Source: Mobula birostris
Lineage: Eukaryota
NCBI RefSeq assembly: GCF_030028105.1
Contig: NC_092401.1
Span: 8,714,984-8,778,983 of the forward strand
DNA length: 64,000 nucleotides
Reading direction: 5' to 3'
Shown: positions 63,913-64,000 of the stretch, in pieces
Numbering within the stretch: the stretch's first letter is position 1
Layout of the letters: the number at the start of each line of letters is the position of its first letter
Translations under genes and position numbers: made by a program
The notes under the pieces: model-generated
Told to the model about the DNA's origin: nothing
The model's input: only the letters and a program-made list of their open reading frames with translations
Database searches by the model: none

Positions 63913-63980
63913 CTTCCACAGTAGAGTAATAGAACCTTGTCTTCTTTGCATAAACCACACATCGAGAACACCGTCAGGAC
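63913..63980 (-). CDS. IL27RA: IL27RA exon (start of the FN3 region); upstream exons lie beyond 64000
   Basis: Acceptor ttgaatcctag, donor AAG|gtacag; 68 nt, phase 1 to 0; PDGVLDVWFMQRRQGSITLLWK (gp130-family P...DVW...LLWK). Confidence 0.88.
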
Positions 63981-64000
63981 CTAGGATTCAAATGAGAGCA

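Noticed and set aside
25292-63980. Calling the receptor IL12RB2, gp130/IL6ST or IL31RA
   Set aside because: The short tail with GYEKH..P.PEEL, no YxxQ sites, and linkage to TNPO2 favour IL27RA; the IL12RB2 similarity is noted but not decisive.

Overview
Vertebrate genomic DNA, most likely a cartilaginous fish (inferred from the repeat landscape: shark/ray-type CR1, Rex1/Babar, V-SINE and Penelope-like elements). Two host genes lie on the minus strand. (1) The 3' nine coding exons of a gp130-family cytokine receptor (63980 to 25292). They splice into one open frame with FN3 domains, a TM helix, box1, box2 and a C-terminal GYEKHYVPSPEEL motif diagnostic of IL27RA/WSX-1. (2) The 5' end of TNPO2 (transportin-2): CpG-rich promoter regions at about 8.9-9.3 kb and 5.2-5.7 kb, and the first coding exon (2116-2018), which is followed by a U12-type GTATCCT donor. 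Most of the rest is transposable-element DNA: near-full-length CR1 and L1 copies, Rex1/Babar, RTE and bipartite RTE derivatives, tRNA-SINEs, Tigger, hAT and Tc1 relics, a Gypsy 3' LTR, and many Penelope-like fragments. The most notable non-gene signals are minimal hammerhead ribozymes in Penelope-derived sequence (two in sense orientation inside IL27RA introns), a 2.3-kb G-rich minisatellite in the TNPO2 5' region whose units carry a GGTAAG splice-donor-like motif, a fold-back hairpin, and chimeric or nested elements. I see no clearly new multi-gene system. All calls come from reading the sequence and remembered family motifs; no database searches were run.
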